The notes under the pieces are model-generated. The model was given only the letters and a program-made list of their open reading frames with translations, was not told where the DNA came from and did no database searches. The position numbers and the translations under genes are program-made. This document shows, in pieces, positions 62,234 to 64,000 of a DNA stretch of 64,000 nucleotides. The stretch's first letter is position 1. Each line of letters starts with the position of its first letter. The stretch comes from an uncultured Nitrososphaerales archaeon (GTDB taxonomy: Archaea; Thermoproteota; Nitrososphaeria; Nitrososphaerales; Nitrososphaeraceae), in assembly GCA_963695855.1 (NCBI GenBank), contig CAVOHZ010000010.1, positions 736,001-800,000 of the forward strand. The letters are read 5' to 3'.

Positions 62234-63028
62234 TCAGTGATTTATTTTGGTCAATAAAAGTTTTCTTATTTCGTCCTCTTTCTTTATACCTTTTATAAGA
62301 TTTTTGTGAATTAAAGAACCGTATTGTAAAGCTTTTTTTGGATGTAGAGCTGCTTCAACTGGTACATTCAATAAAATGGCTACTTCTCGTAAAATATGTT
62401 TTCTGAGTAAGTCATTTGAACTTTTGATCTTTTTATCTATCGGTATTTTTTTTGCATATTCTATAAAATCTCGCGATAAAAAAGGTTGCTTAACAGAAAC
62501 GTTATATTCCTTTGAAACCTCCTGGATTTCCTTAATTAGTATTTGTTCATTTTCTATTTTCTTATCCATAAATTTATTTATTTCCATAATTCCGTCTGAA
62601 AATATTTGTCTGTACCTGTTATAGCCACAAAATAATTCGTCGAAGCCATTAGCAGTAAGAACAGTGTTAAACCCATTTGATGAAGCTAAAAAAGATATAT
62701 AATAGAAAGCGATGCAATTTTCGATATGAGATAAATTGTTACACGGTATATTCCTTATAATTTTTTTCAACACGATGATAAAATTCTCGATATTTATTTC
62801 ATATGTTATATGTTTTATACTCATTTTGTCAGAAATAAATTTAGAAAATTCAATATCATGGGAACCTGGAAAACCTATTGAGAGTAACGTAACATCTTTA
62901 AAATTATCCTTTACAATCTTTGCTAACAACGAACTATCTAATCCGCCAGAAAAAGCAATAGCAAAATTTTCCCTTCTATCCACACTAACATCTATTGATT
63001 TTATAATCTCACAAATTATATCAAGCAA
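62234..63028 (-). CDS. Asparagine synthase C-terminal-domain protein (no glutaminase domain)
   Basis: AFSGGLDSS, TANGFDELFCGY, PFL, RKHILRE, PKKALQYGS. Confidence 0.88.
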   Translation of the reverse strand: MLDIICEIIKSIDVSVDRRENFAIAFSGGLDSSLLAKIVKDNFKDVTLLSIGFPGSHDIEFSKFISDKMSIKHITYEINIENFIIVLKKIIRNIPCNNLSHIENCIAFYYISFLASSNGFNTVLTANGFDELFCGYNRYRQIFSDGIMEINKFMDKKIENEQILIKEIQEVSKEYNVSVKQPFLSRDFIEYAKKIPIDKKIKSSNDLLRKHILREVAILLNVPVEAALHPKKALQYGSLIHKNLIKGIKKEDEIRKLLLTKINH

Positions 63029-63231
63029 TTGTCACTCAATACAAGTATCCTTTTAATCTAACTTTTAAATATACCTTTATAAATTTTCTGACAATTTTAT
63101 ATTGTTTTTTACATTTTGTTTATTATTCAAAGAAAATATTTTTATAGTATTCAATGTTTTAAAAATAGGAATTATTTACTAACATTAAAGATTTTTATAT
63201 AAAATATTTCGATATTTAATTAAATAAAGAT

Positions 63232-64000
63232 ATGACTCGTAATCTAGTGGAAAAAGATATTAAATATATCAATCATAATGGGGTACATCTCTCAAATAGA
63301 ACCAAATTATCTTTATCAAATTTATTCATTTTTTTAGGAAAAGATCATGAAATTGATGCAAAAATTATGTCACCTAATAATAAAATGTTTATCATTGATT
63401 TCAAGATTGAAGACAAGTATATACAGGTAATAGATTCTGAAGAGGATTTTGATAAATTCAATAAGATTAAAGAAGATTTACCAGATCTTGATATCATAGC
63501 AATTGGTTCATCAAAATATGCCGGGAAATCAACAGAATTTGAGTCATTATTCCTTTTTGATTCTAAAAATTGCCGTATAGGTTCTATTTTTATTGAGGAT
63601 CCTTCTTTGTCTTTTGATTATGCCCATATTCTACCTCTAGTTACAAAATGCTCCATTCTTCATGGACATACCTCAACAGTAATGGTTGAAATCATTGGAA
63701 ATATGAGTAATGGCTTAGTTATGGATTTTAGTGAAGCTAAAAGACTTATCAAAGAGGCAATTAATAATTTAGATCATAAATTTTTTATCAATAGACAATA
63801 TCTACTAAAAGAAGACGAAAACTATTATTTTGTTCAGTTTGATGGACCTAGAGGATTTTTCAATCTCCAATTACCAAAATTAACGGTCTATCTTTTAGAA
63901 GATGAGGCTACTGTGGAAAATCTTTCTAGGGAGATAATAAAAATACTTTCTCCAAAAATGCCTAAAAATATCGATGCCTTGGGAGTTTATATTTATGAAG
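63232..64000 (+). CDS. QueD/6-pyruvoyl-tetrahydropterin synthase family protein with N-terminal extension; runs off the window
   Basis: Hand translation gives FDYAHIL...CSILHGH...MDFS...LDHK...TVENL; open frame to 64000. Confidence 0.85.
   Translation, partial: MTRNLVEKDIKYINHNGVHLSNRTKLSLSNLFIFLGKDHEIDAKIMSPNNKMFIIDFKIEDKYIQVIDSEEDFDKFNKIKEDLPDLDIIAIGSSKYAGKSTEFESLFLFDSKNCRIGSIFIEDPSLSFDYAHILPLVTKCSILHGHTSTVMVEIIGNMSNGLVMDFSEAKRLIKEAINNLDHKFFINRQYLLKEDENYYFVQFDGPRGFFNLQLPKLTVYLLEDEATVENLSREIIKILSPKMPKNIDALGVYIYE

Noticed and set aside
768-63056. Numerous short antisense ORFs inside housekeeping genes (e.g. 768-1184, 9063-9404, 30411-30788, 62736-63056)
   Set aside because: Largely or fully overlap well-supported genes on the opposite strand and lack motifs

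Overview
AT-rich archaeal chromosomal window. Gene content (CdvC, TFB, Rpo12, PoK/PPS CoA pathway, CofC/CofD, EgsA, aCPSF1) and low GC point to a soil ammonia-oxidising Nitrososphaerota archaeon, probably Nitrosocosmicus-like (inference). Most of it is housekeeping. The exception is a ~10.6 kb accessory island (about 10750-21376) that starts at the 3' end of the RNase P RNA gene (rnpB, 10461-10745). It opens with a truncated tyrosine-integrase N-terminus. Degenerate direct copies of the rnpB 3' end occur at 21204-21220 (16/17) and 21357-21376 (17/20), with a more eroded copy near 12112-12125. This suggests integrative elements that repeatedly target RNase P RNA rather than a tRNA. The island holds a lightly inactivated TerS-like/TerL packaging module with no recognisable capsid, portal or tail genes. 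It also holds ribbon-helix-helix regulators, Zn-finger/SWIM genes, a rod-like hairpin, a GC-rich bacterial-type DUF1326 gene, an IS5 element and an orphan tRNA 3' fragment. Elsewhere there are tRNA-Val(CAC), a second IS with intact ends and an 8-bp target duplication, an IS remnant, a frameshifted Xaa-Pro peptidase and an 11-copy 15-bp repeat in the FKBP/SlyD tail. All calls are by motif reading; no searches were run.
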